DNA of 37,246 nucleotides from an uncultured Erysipelotrichaceae bacterium. Lineage in GTDB: Bacteria > Bacillota_I > Bacilli_A > RF39 > UBA660. The stretch is from contig CADBRL010000029.1 in the NCBI GenBank assembly GCA_902797105.1, forward strand, positions 1 through 37,246. Direction: 5' to 3'. This document shows positions 20,120 through 28,818 of the stretch, piece after piece; positions within the stretch are counted from its first letter, which is position 1; the number at the start of each line of letters is the position of its first letter. The notes under the pieces were generated by a model. That model saw only the letters and a list, made by a program, of their open reading frames with translations, had not been told where the DNA came from and made no database searches. The position numbers and the translations under genes are program-made.

Positions 20120-20788
20120 TTACTTCTCCATTTCTATAACACTACAATCTACAACTTTCCCTTTATCAAAACATATTTTAATAATATTTACATCTTCATT
20201 TGCATCATCTATTATAACTTTATCATTAAAACTAAGCATAAGCCTATCATCTAAATTATATCCTTTTTCAAGTTTATCCAAAAGATACCCAATAATGGCA
20301 CTTTTCTGCGTAAATATAACCAAATCCTTATTACCATTTTTCTTTATAATTCTATCAATTGCTACATTCATTCTTTTATTTACATCTAGTAAACTCTCAC
20401 CACGATTAAACTTAAAATTAAAATCTCTTTCTTGCATAAATCTAAGCATCTGAATATTTCTTCTTCCTAAGTCTCCCACTCTTAAATCATTTAAAAAAGA
20501 ATTTATTACAACATCACACTTTTTAACCGCAGCAAAATACTTAGCACTTGCAACACTTGATGCATAACTAGAAGAATAAACAATATTAGCATTAATTTTC
20601 TTAACAAGTTTTACAGCCACCTTTTCTCCTTCAATTGAAAGAGGTCTATTTACTCTTTTATTTTCTAAAGTTTCATCTGTTTCATAAACTATATTATCTA
20701 TTACTAAATTATTACTAACTAAATAAAGCACCATTATTACCACCATCATAATTTTATCAAATAAATTAATCATTGACAATACTTTCAA
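20120..20788 (-). CDS. histidine-phosphatase-fold protein, apparently catalytically degenerate (start uncertain)
   Basis: Family landmarks are present: PLSIEGEKVA, SSSYASSVASAKY, GESLLDVNKR, DLVIFTQKSAI. However, the RHG position reads SNN and the second catalytic His reads Q. N-terminal hydrophobic segment. The TTG start at 20788 is doubtful and internal ATGs are possible. Confidence 0.5.
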   Translation of the reverse strand: MKVLSMINLFDKIMMVVIMVLYLVSNNLVIDNIVYETDETLENKRVNRPLSIEGEKVAVKLVKKINANIVYSSSYASSVASAKYFAAVKKCDVVINSFLNDLRVGDLGRRNIQMLRFMQERDFNFKFNRGESLLDVNKRMNVAIDRIIKKNGNKDLVIFTQKSAIIGYLLDKLEKGYNLDDRLMLSFNDKVIIDDANEDVNIIKICFDKGKVVDCSVIEMEK

Positions 20789-20821
20789 AATAAACTATAT
20801 TAATAATGAGGGTGGTACATT

Positions 20822-23302
20822 ATGAAAAAAACATTAATTGAAATTTTTAAACCAAATCCAAAAAGCTTAACATTAAATGACATTAAAAATGCGCTTGGAT
20901 ATAAAACAATCACAAACGTTCAAAAGCGTCACATTGTCAAAAATTTACTTAAATTAGAATTAGATGGAAAAATATATTACGATTTTGTTAATAATTGTTA
21001 TTATGTGTTTCCATCTAATTTTTTTGTTTCAAAAGTAAATAAAATTACAGATAATAAAATGATTTTTGCTATTAATGGTGAGTTTCAAGAAATAGATATT
21101 AAAAATAATGAAGTTAGAAAAAAAGATTATATAATAGTAAGAAAAGAAGATGATGGATATAAACTAGTAAAAGTTATTGGCAAAGTTCAAGAACTTGATA
21201 GTGTTGATGACCTAGAAAGAATATATAATTTATTTAATCCCTATTCAGTTTCTTACACATTTAAAGAACTACTAAAAATAACTAAAGCTGATGAAAAAGA
21301 ACTACATAGTGCTTTAGAAGAACTAGAAAATGAAGGGATAGCTTATTATGACCCTGAAAATAATGTCTATAAAACTATGCCATCAAATTATTTTGTTACA
21401 ACTGCAGAAGTAACTAAAAAAAACTTTTATATTGTTAATTTTAATGGTATTACCTATACTCTACCTTATGAAAATACAACTGGAATTCTTCCCTATGATA
21501 AAGTTCTTTTAAAGAAAGAAAAGAAAAATATATCATTAGTTAAAATAATAAAAAGAGCTAATTCCGAAATAGTATGTGAAGTTTTAGAAGATGGAAAAAT
21601 CAAAATGGTTGGCAATACAAATATTAAAGTAAGATGTACGGAAGAAAAATTTTCAAAACTAAAGTTACCAGTTGGCACAAGATTTTTAGGTAAAATAAGC
21701 ACTGAACAATTTAACAATTATTATAATATTAATTTTATTGAAGTTTTGGGACATAAAAATGATGTAAATGCTGAACTTGAAGCTATAAATTATAATAATG
21801 GTTTTAAAGTTAGATATTCTAAAGAAGAAACCGACCAAGTTTATGGATTACCTACTGAAGTTACGGAAGAAGATAAAAAAGGTCGTGTTGATTTAACAGA
21901 TGAAAATATAGTTACAATTGATGGTGCCCATACTAAAGATATGGATGATGCTGTAGGTATAACAAAGAAACCAAACTGCAATTATTTATTAAAAGTATCG
22001 ATTTCCCATGTTTCACGTTATATAAAATATAATAGTCCTTTATTTATGCGAGCTTGTCATAATACAACCAGTGTTTACTTAATTGATAGTGTAAATCATA
22101 TGCTACATCCACAAGTTTCTAACGGCATTTGTTCTTTAAATCCAAATGTGGAAAGACTTACTAAAACATATCAAATTGAAATTAATCCTAAAGGTGAAAT
22201 TGTAGATTTTTCTTTCTTTGATAGTGTTATAAAATCAAAAAAGAAAATGACTTATGAAGATTGTAATGAAATATTTGAAAATAATGTTGTTCCAGAAGGT
22301 TATGATCCATTTGTAAATGATTTATTACTTATGCAAGAACTTGCACAAATTATTGAAAATCATCGTAAAGAAAATGGTGCTTTAGATTTCGGTGCTAAAG
22401 AAATTGAATTTATTTTAGATGATGAAGGAAACATAATTGATGTAACACAACGTCATCAAGGTCCTGCAGAAAAGTTAATTGAGAACTTTATGGTAATAAC
22501 TAATGAAGCTCTAGCAGAATACATGTATAACTTAGGTATTGAATTTGTGTATAGAAATCATGAAATACCATATGATGATAAAGTAAAAGAAGTTGTTAAA
22601 TTAATTACTTCAATGGGATACAGGGTTGATGCTATAGAAAATAGTGACGACCCCCATGTTATGCAATCTGTTATAAATAGTTTAAACTCTAAAGAAGAAT
22701 TCTTTATACTTTCTTCCCTACTTTTAAAATCAATGCAAAAAGCCTATTTTAGCACTGAAAACAAAGGACATTATGCTTTAGCATCAAAAGCTTATTCTCA
22801 AACTACTTCACCAATAAGAAGACTTATGGATTTAATTATTGAATATATTTTAGATAATATTGATAAAATATATGATGGAACAATTAATATGGATGAACTA
22901 AAGATTTCCCTTAATAGTTTATGTGAAAGAGCATCAATGATGGAAAGATGTGCTGATAAAGCTGAATATGAAGCAAATAAACTTTACATGATTGATTATG
23001 TTTTAAAACGTCAAGATATGGAGTTTGTTGGGTATATCGAGGATATTATGCCAAGATATATGGTTGTTAAAACTAAAGAATTAATCGAGGGTATTGTTTA
23101 TTTTGATGACATTTTGGATGGTAATTATGTTTATAATCCTGATTGTAAATGGTTAGAAAATCCGAGTACTAGACATAGACTTATAATTGGCAGTAAACTT
23201 AAACTACATTTTAAAGAAGCAAATAGAGAATACAGAATATTAAAATTTAATGCTGAAGTTAATACTTTAGAAAAAGAATTGACACTTACAAGAACAAAAT
23301 AG
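20822..23302 (+). CDS. rnr: ribonuclease R (RNB family 3'-5' exoribonuclease)
   Basis: 826 aa. RNB domain (DGAHTKDMDDAV, SPIRRLMDL) and C-terminal S1 domain. GAGGGTGG SD. Confidence 0.9.
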   Translation: MKKTLIEIFKPNPKSLTLNDIKNALGYKTITNVQKRHIVKNLLKLELDGKIYYDFVNNCYYVFPSNFFVSKVNKITDNKMIFAINGEFQEIDIKNNEVRKKDYIIVRKEDDGYKLVKVIGKVQELDSVDDLERIYNLFNPYSVSYTFKELLKITKADEKELHSALEELENEGIAYYDPENNVYKTMPSNYFVTTAEVTKKNFYIVNFNGITYTLPYENTTGILPYDKVLLKKEKKNISLVKIIKRANSEIVCEVLEDGKIKMVGNTNIKVRCTEEKFSKLKLPVGTRFLGKISTEQFNNYYNINFIEVLGHKNDVNAELEAINYNNGFKVRYSKEETDQVYGLPTEVTEEDKKGRVDLTDENIVTIDGAHTKDMDDAVGITKKPNCNYLLKVSISHVSRYIKYNSPLFMRACHNTTSVYLIDSVNHMLHPQVSNGICSLNPNVERLTKTYQIEINPKGEIVDFSFFDSVIKSKKKMTYEDCNEIFENNVVPEGYDPFVNDLLLMQELAQIIENHRKENGALDFGAKEIEFILDDEGNIIDVTQRHQGPAEKLIENFMVITNEALAEYMYNLGIEFVYRNHEIPYDDKVKEVVKLITSMGYRVDAIENSDDPHVMQSVINSLNSKEEFFILSSLLLKSMQKAYFSTENKGHYALASKAYSQTTSPIRRLMDLIIEYILDNIDKIYDGTINMDELKISLNSLCERASMMERCADKAEYEANKLYMIDYVLKRQDMEFVGYIEDIMPRYMVVKTKELIEGIVYFDDILDGNYVYNPDCKWLENPSTRHRLIIGSKLKLHFKEANREYRILKFNAEVNTLEKELTLTRTK

Positions 23303-23390
23303 CAATTTAAAAAGTGATGAACAATTGATTTTTATCACTTTTGTTAATTCATGAAATTCTAATCAGTGAATTTTGTGCTTCATTACCTTC

Positions 23391-23446
23391 TGTAAATGTC
23401 AATATAAAATGTCATAAATATTTTATATTGACATTTACAACTTTTT
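23391..23446 (+). terminator. rnr terminator (20-bp perfect inverted repeat plus T7)
   Basis: tgtaaatgtcaatataaaat (23391-23410) and attttatattgacatttaca (23420-23439), with a 9-nt loop, followed by ac-ttttttt. A smaller hairpin (aaaagtgat/atcactttt, 23310-23342) precedes it. Confidence 0.6.
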
Positions 23447-23537
23447 TTGCGTAAAATAATTTCTATTTTTTTATAAACGATGAGTAAAAATGTTGTTTTT
23501 ATAACTTTTTTATATAATTTTAGCATCTTTATAACTC

Positions 23538-23588
23538 AAAAAATGAGACAAATCGTTCAACATAGGTCGAACTATTTACCTCATTTTT
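23538..23588 (-). terminator. terminator of the secreted-protein gene
   Basis: Minus strand reads aaatgag ... ctcattt, with an inner gttcgac/gttgaac stem, followed by TTTTTT. Confidence 0.45.
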
Positions 23589-23629
23589 GCTAGGTTTTAC
23601 CGATGTTTTTTCAAAAAACTGTCCGTCAA

Positions 23630-24934
23630 TCAGTTTATCACAATCGGATCAGTGGCAGAGCCACTTCCCGATGCATAGTTCACGGAAGATGTGAGACTGA
23701 AGACTGGCCGAACAGCAACATTATAAATGTTCGGAGAATAAGAACAGATCCCTCCAATATGATTGACACAGAACACATCATAGTTATTATTATCCACATT
23801 ATGGGAAATAGTCCATTCGTCTAACCCCATATACATCCAATTGACACTTTTAATGTTTGCATCACCATAACTAGTAAGATTAGTTGTCCAAGCACTTGGG
23901 GCTGCTGCAAATCCATAATCACTTGCATACATTAACCCTATTTTTGTACTGTATTCTGTTGCTTCGTTTGTTGTAGCAGCATTTGTTATTTCATTTTGAT
24001 ATGCTATTTTGGCTGATTGACCAGCAATATTAGCATATGTATTTCCTCCAACTTTCCATGTTGTCATAGCTATTTTTTTTGTCCATTCCGCGCCTATATT
24101 TGCTATAAAATTAGTATTTAAATTAATTGTATTAAGATTCGAATATTTCCATTTATTACAATCTGAATTATTTGATATTAAAGATAACTGAGAATTAGAC
24201 AATAATTTTGTTTCGAAGTAAACATTTGGTATCGCGTTGTTCTGACTTCCACTACTGTTATGGCATACACTACCAGAAGAATTCCAATTGTAACCAGTGT
24301 CTGAAACGTAAGCACCATCAGTCCCTAGTAAAGTACTTGTAGCTTCTGTTGCTTTTATCAATTTAACTTGTCTATCAAATACTCCGATTATTCTATACAA
24401 GCTATCTGTTGGACATGGTGTTGCATCTGAGCCAAAACATACATAGTTGTTTGGATCTGCACCTGAGTATCTATAACTATTGTCACCTGCTCCTTTTGTG
24501 AGACTACTATCGTGATAATAAATATTGTTTTCCCCTTGAGTACCTGTGTATAATGATTTTACATAATCTGCTAAAGCTGGTGCTACATATATATCAAAAT
24601 ACACATAACACTTATCTGATACATTTCCACTCATTAAAACTGTTTTGTTGGCGTCATCCCAAGAAAGCTCTCCACAATTTTCACATTTTGAAAGTTCTGT
24701 ATTAAAAACATAACCATCTGTTGGCCAACTATCTCTTGTGGTCATTTCATAATTTCCAGAATTTGCTTCCGTTTCAATCATCATGGATAACATATTTTCA
24801 CGCTTTGTAATTTTGTTATTTTCATAATTATTACTACTCTCTTTTAAACCATGATTTTCATTTAACAAATACAATATAATACTACATAATAATAAAATAG
24901 TTATTATAAAAATATATTTCTTTTTGTTTTTCAT
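23630..24934 (-). CDS. secreted or membrane-anchored protein of unknown function
   Basis: Start moved to ATG 24934 (GGAGG 6 nt upstream). N-terminal hydrophobic anchor or signal (YIFIITILLLCSIILYLL), Cys-containing extracellular part. The C-terminal pattern IGLMYASDYGFA ... EWTIS ... VAVRPVFSL recalls lectin-like surface-protein modules. Noticeably higher G+C than its neighbours. Confidence 0.6.
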   Translation of the reverse strand: MKNKKKYIFIITILLLCSIILYLLNENHGLKESSNNYENNKITKRENMLSMMIETEANSGNYEMTTRDSWPTDGYVFNTELSKCENCGELSWDDANKTVLMSGNVSDKCYVYFDIYVAPALADYVKSLYTGTQGENNIYYHDSSLTKGAGDNSYRYSGADPNNYVCFGSDATPCPTDSLYRIIGVFDRQVKLIKATEATSTLLGTDGAYVSDTGYNWNSSGSVCHNSSGSQNNAIPNVYFETKLLSNSQLSLISNNSDCNKWKYSNLNTINLNTNFIANIGAEWTKKIAMTTWKVGGNTYANIAGQSAKIAYQNEITNAATTNEATEYSTKIGLMYASDYGFAAAPSAWTTNLTSYGDANIKSVNWMYMGLDEWTISHNVDNNNYDVFCVNHIGGICSYSPNIYNVAVRPVFSLTSSVNYASGSGSATDPIVIN

Positions 24935-24977
24935 AATCAACCTCCATAGTTATATTTCAACTATTATAAATATATCG

Positions 24978-24994
24978 TAGGTAAATTTTACCTA
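24978..24994. promoter_or_regulatory. 17-bp perfect palindrome in a divergent promoter region (candidate XRE operator)
   Basis: taggtaaa-t-tttaccta. It is nested inside a 21-bp imperfect inverted repeat (24945-24965 versus 25001-25021, 17 of 21 matching). Confidence 0.35.
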
Positions 24995-25045
24995 TTTGTC
25001 AATAGTTAAATTATAACTATGTTAATATTTCTACAGGTGATAAAC

Positions 25046-25273
25046 ATGAATAGATTAAAAGAATTACGAGAAGACAAAGATTTATATCAAAAAGATATTG
25101 CAAATTATTTAAAAATAGACCAATCCAACTATAGTAAATATGAATTAGAAAAAGTAAATATTCCAGTTGATTATTTAAGACTTTTAGCAGACTACTATAA
25201 TACTAGTATTGATTATATTCTTTATAGAACTGATGAAAGAAAACCATACACAAAATCAATTATGAAAAAATAA
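25046..25273 (+). CDS. XRE-family helix-turn-helix transcriptional regulator
   Basis: Start moved to ATG 25046 (AGGTGA 5 nt upstream). 75 aa. LKELREDKDLYQKDIANYLKIDQSNYSKYE is a classic Cro/C1-type HTH. Confidence 0.8.
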   Translation: MNRLKELREDKDLYQKDIANYLKIDQSNYSKYELEKVNIPVDYLRLLADYYNTSIDYILYRTDERKPYTKSIMKK

Positions 25274-25314
25274 TATGTTGACATTTAACTTATACTCAGA
25301 TACTTTTGTAATAG

Positions 25315-25350
25315 AAAATGATTGAGATTTTAATTCATCTCAATCATTTT
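25315..25350. terminator. bidirectional terminator shared by the XRE gene and rmuC
   Basis: aaaatgattgagat (25315-25328) pairs with atctcaatcatttt (25337-25350). T-runs follow on both strands. The right arm overlaps the last rmuC codons. Confidence 0.6.
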
Positions 25351-26421
25351 TTCATCTTCTTTAGAACCAATTTTATCTAAATCAACACTATTGATACTAT
25401 CAAATCTTTTAGTTATCTTTTCACTAGTTGTATGAAGTTCATCAATACTTTGATTTACTGTTTTAACACTTCTAGCAAGTTTATCCCAGCGTTCTTTATA
25501 TCTTCCAAATTCTACACTTAATTTATTTAGTTCTTCATGGATTACTTTAGCATATTTATCTCTTTCCATATTCTTAAGTATCATACTTATTATTGAAAGT
25601 GTACTTATAAGTGTTGTTGGACCAGCGATCCATACTTTTTTACTATATGCATAATTAAGAAGTTCAGGATGATAAGCATTTATTTCTGCAAATAAAGCTT
25701 CTGCTGGTAAAAACATAATAGCTTCATCAGTTGTTTCACCAGGTATTATATATTTTTCACTAATAGCATTAATATGTTTTTTTACATCTTGAACAAACAT
25801 CTTTTCATAGTATTCTCTTTCTTCTTTAGATTTTGTTCTATCGGTCATTCTTTGATAGTTTTCTAAAGGAAACTTTGAATCAATAGCAATTGTACCAAGT
25901 GGTGATGGTGCATAAAGTATAGCATCTGCTATAACCCCAGTAGATAATTTAACTTGTGTTTTATATATACCATTTCTATTACTTCCAAAAGCATTATTTA
26001 AAATATATTCTAAATTTACTTCTCCGAATGTACCACGAGTTTTCTTATCTGTTAAAACTCCTTGAAGTGATACTATTTCACCATTTAAACTATCAATTTT
26101 CTTCTGAGCTTCATCAATTTTATTAAGTCTTTCTAAAACATTCATAAATGTTTTATTACTTTTTTCAAAATTTTGATCTAGTCGCTCATTAACTCTATCA
26201 TTTATTAGTGTTAGTTTCTTTTCAATTCTTTCATTTAATAATTCAAAATCTTGAGTTAATACTTTAGAAAACCCAAATTTAAATTCACCAATTTCTTTAT
26301 TAATGTTTGCTTCAAAATGACCAAGTCTTTCTGTCATTTCACTATTATTGTTTTTTCTTAAAATTAATACTAATAAAAGTACTATAACTACTACAAGTAG
26401 TCCTATAATTACATATTCCAT
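25330..26421 (-). CDS. rmuC: DNA recombination protein RmuC
   Basis: 363 aa. N-terminal TM helix, coiled coil, then RGTFGEVNLEYIL, AIDSKFPLENY and MFLPAEALFAEI, typical of RmuC. Confidence 0.88.
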   Translation of the reverse strand: MEYVIIGLLVVVIVLLLVLILRKNNNSEMTERLGHFEANINKEIGEFKFGFSKVLTQDFELLNERIEKKLTLINDRVNERLDQNFEKSNKTFMNVLERLNKIDEAQKKIDSLNGEIVSLQGVLTDKKTRGTFGEVNLEYILNNAFGSNRNGIYKTQVKLSTGVIADAILYAPSPLGTIAIDSKFPLENYQRMTDRTKSKEEREYYEKMFVQDVKKHINAISEKYIIPGETTDEAIMFLPAEALFAEINAYHPELLNYAYSKKVWIAGPTTLISTLSIISMILKNMERDKYAKVIHEELNKLSVEFGRYKERWDKLARSVKTVNQSIDELHTTSEKITKRFDSINSVDLDKIGSKEDEKMIEMN

Positions 26422-26430
26422 ACTTCCTCC

Positions 26431-26994
26431 TTATTTTTTTATTCTTCTTAAATCCATTATTTCATCTATATATATTTGCTTTAAATCTAAATTACATAAT
26501 TCATGATAAAGTGTCATAAAATTTGCATTAAATGGATGATACAATGAACCACTATTTCTTATTCTTACTGCAACTCTACGATTATTTATATTATATTCAT
26601 TTTCCTTACCTCTATCAAAGGTAATATTTATTATATCACTAACTTTTTCTATTTTAAAAGATGGTCCAATATCAAAAGGATAATCATCGCTTTTCCATGT
26701 TATTATATTATTTTGTACTAATAAACTATAATTTGTAAGTCTACGTAATCTTTCTTTATCACTATCAAAAGGCAGTTTACAATCAATTAAATCATTATAA
26801 AGTTTATTAAATATATCATAAACTCTTACATTACTTTCATCAATTATAAATTTTTGACTTTTATTAGCACCATTAAATATAAAATATAAATCTAAATTAT
26901 TTACAAAAGATATTTCTAAATAAACTTCATCACTATTATATAGTATTATTCTGGGATATTCCCCTTCTATTATTTTTATACCTAATCTCTCCAT
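26431..26994 (-). CDS. hypothetical protein
   Basis: 187 aa soluble ORF with no motif I recognise. Packed between asnB (6-nt gap) and rmuC (9-nt gap). Confidence 0.5.
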   Translation of the reverse strand: MERLGIKIIEGEYPRIILYNSDEVYLEISFVNNLDLYFIFNGANKSQKFIIDESNVRVYDIFNKLYNDLIDCKLPFDSDKERLRRLTNYSLLVQNNIITWKSDDYPFDIGPSFKIEKVSDIINITFDRGKENEYNINNRRVAVRIRNSGSLYHPFNANFMTLYHELCNLDLKQIYIDEIMDLRRIKK

Positions 26995-27000
26995 AACCCC

Positions 27001-28818
27001 TTACTTTCCTTCAAAAAATACTTGATACCATTTTATAAATGTATATATTGTCCATATCTTACGATAATTATCTTTTTTACCATTTATATGTTCTTCAAAC
27101 ATCTTATTAATTATTTTGGTATTAAAATATTTATTTGCAACATCACTATTTAAAGTCTTTTCAACTTCTTCTTTAAAGTCACATTCCTTAATCCATTCCC
27201 TTACAGGAACTGGAAAACCTAACTTTTTCTTTTTATAAGCTTCAGTTGGTATAACTTCTTTAGCTGCTGCTCTTAAAGCTACTTTGGTATTTTCTTTTGT
27301 AACTTTATAATCAAATGGAAGATGTGATGCTACTTTAAATACTTCTTTATCAATAAATGGTACTCTTCCTTCGATAGATGATGCCATTGTCATTCTGTCT
27401 GCTTTTAAAAGTATATCTTTCATAAGCCAGAAATTTATATCAATAGCTTGCATTTTATCAATATTACTATAATTCTTAAATTCATTATAAATATCTTTAG
27501 TTGCATCGATAGCTTTTAATTCATAATTATTTTTAAGAACTTTCTTAGCCATTTTACTTGAGAAATTTCTATTAACCCCGATATAACTATTTTCTAGTTT
27601 TTCTCCGCGTCTTACTAGGAAGTTAAAGCCTCTTCCTTCAGGGAAAATACTAGCAATTTTACCAATTATATGTCTTACACAATAAGGTAATTTATTATAA
27701 AATTTATAATCTACTTCTTCTCTATAATAGTTATAACCTCCGAAGAATTCATCTGCACCTTCACCAGATAAAACTACTTTTAAATCTTTACTTGCAAGTT
27801 TGGCAACAAAATATAATGATATAGCTGCAGGATCACTCGTTGGTTCATCTAAATGATACATTATTTTACTAATGTTTTCTAAATACTCTTCTTTAGTTAT
27901 TATTTTACTTTCATTTTTTATACCTAATTTTCCTGCTAAATCTTTAGCGTACATTGTTTCATCATATTTTTTATTTTCATAACCAACTGTATATGTCTTA
28001 TCAGGTTTAGCTAAAGAAACTATATATGATGAGTCTATACCACTTGATAAAAATGAACCTACTTCAACATCCGCTATTAAGTGTTTTTCTACACTATCTT
28101 TCATAACATCACTAATATTTTTAACAGCATCTTCAAAACTCATATTTTCTTCTTTAAAGTCTAATTTAAAATATTTATTTAATTTTATTTCACCATCTTT
28201 ATATAAAAGACTGCATCCAGCATCTAAACGATGTACTCCTTTAAAGAAAGTTTCATTCGTAGGTACAAAACTAAATTCAAGATATGCCTCTAATATACTT
28301 TCATTAAATACTTTTTCAAAATCTGGAACATCTAAAAAGGCTTTAATTTCTGATGCAAACATAAATGTATCATTCATTTTAGCAAAGTATAAAGGTTTTA
28401 TGCCAAAATTATCACGAGCTAAGAATACTTCATTTTTATTCTTATCATATATAGCAAAAGCAAACATACCACGTAAATGTTTAGGTAAATCGGTATGCCA
28501 CTCTTCATAACCATGAACCAAAACTTCAGTATCACTTTTGGTTTTGAAATCATGACCAAGTGCTATTAGTTCTTCTTTTAATTCATGATAATTATAAATT
28601 TCACCATTAAAGACTGTAACAACAGAACCATCTTCATTAAACATTGGTTGATCACCGGTAGATAAATCAATAATTGAAAGACGACGATGACCTAAAGCTA
28701 CATCTCCATCTATAAAATATCCATCTCCATCTGGACCACGATGTTTTATTCTATCATTCATTAATTTAATTGTATTTTCTTTTTCTTTTTTGGTAACTAA
28801 ACCTACTATTCCACACAT
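27001..28818 (-). CDS. asnB: asparagine synthase (glutamine-hydrolysing)
   Basis: 605 aa. MCGIVG Ntn-amidotransferase N-terminus and SSGIDSS PP-loop. Its start overlaps the upstream stop (TAATG). Confidence 0.92.
   Translation of the reverse strand: MCGIVGLVTKKEKENTIKLMNDRIKHRGPDGDGYFIDGDVALGHRRLSIIDLSTGDQPMFNEDGSVVTVFNGEIYNYHELKEELIALGHDFKTKSDTEVLVHGYEEWHTDLPKHLRGMFAFAIYDKNKNEVFLARDNFGIKPLYFAKMNDTFMFASEIKAFLDVPDFEKVFNESILEAYLEFSFVPTNETFFKGVHRLDAGCSLLYKDGEIKLNKYFKLDFKEENMSFEDAVKNISDVMKDSVEKHLIADVEVGSFLSSGIDSSYIVSLAKPDKTYTVGYENKKYDETMYAKDLAGKLGIKNESKIITKEEYLENISKIMYHLDEPTSDPAAISLYFVAKLASKDLKVVLSGEGADEFFGGYNYYREEVDYKFYNKLPYCVRHIIGKIASIFPEGRGFNFLVRRGEKLENSYIGVNRNFSSKMAKKVLKNNYELKAIDATKDIYNEFKNYSNIDKMQAIDINFWLMKDILLKADRMTMASSIEGRVPFIDKEVFKVASHLPFDYKVTKENTKVALRAAAKEVIPTEAYKKKKLGFPVPVREWIKECDFKEEVEKTLNSDVANKYFNTKIINKMFEEHINGKKDNYRKIWTIYTFIKWYQVFFEGK

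Noticed and set aside
20808-20818. gagggtggtac resembles the conserved T-box core AGGGUGGUAC.
   Set aside because: It sits 3 nt before the rnr ATG and acts as the SD. There is no stem I, no terminator and no room for a leader: only 33 nt are intergenic. I treat it as coincidence.
23480-23596. A 38-codon ORF (MSKNVVFITFLYNF...) in the rnr-downstream gap.
   Set aside because: It has no SD, a low-complexity hydrophobic translation, and overlaps the terminator hairpin of the opposite-strand gene.
23303-23629. Looked for smpB and tmRNA (ssrA) downstream of rnr, as in many Bacillota.
   Set aside because: No SmpB-like ORF is present. The 327-nt gap is too short and too AT-rich for a tmRNA, and it has no tRNA-like acceptor or T-arm sequence. 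It holds only terminator hairpins.
23428-25287. ttgacattta occurs at 23428-23437 and 25278-25287, bracketing the two-gene islet like att or target-duplication sites.
   Set aside because: The same TTGACAttt string also occurs at 17045. It is just a -35-like motif in AT-rich DNA. No integrase or recombinase is present. The evidence is insufficient to call a mobile element.
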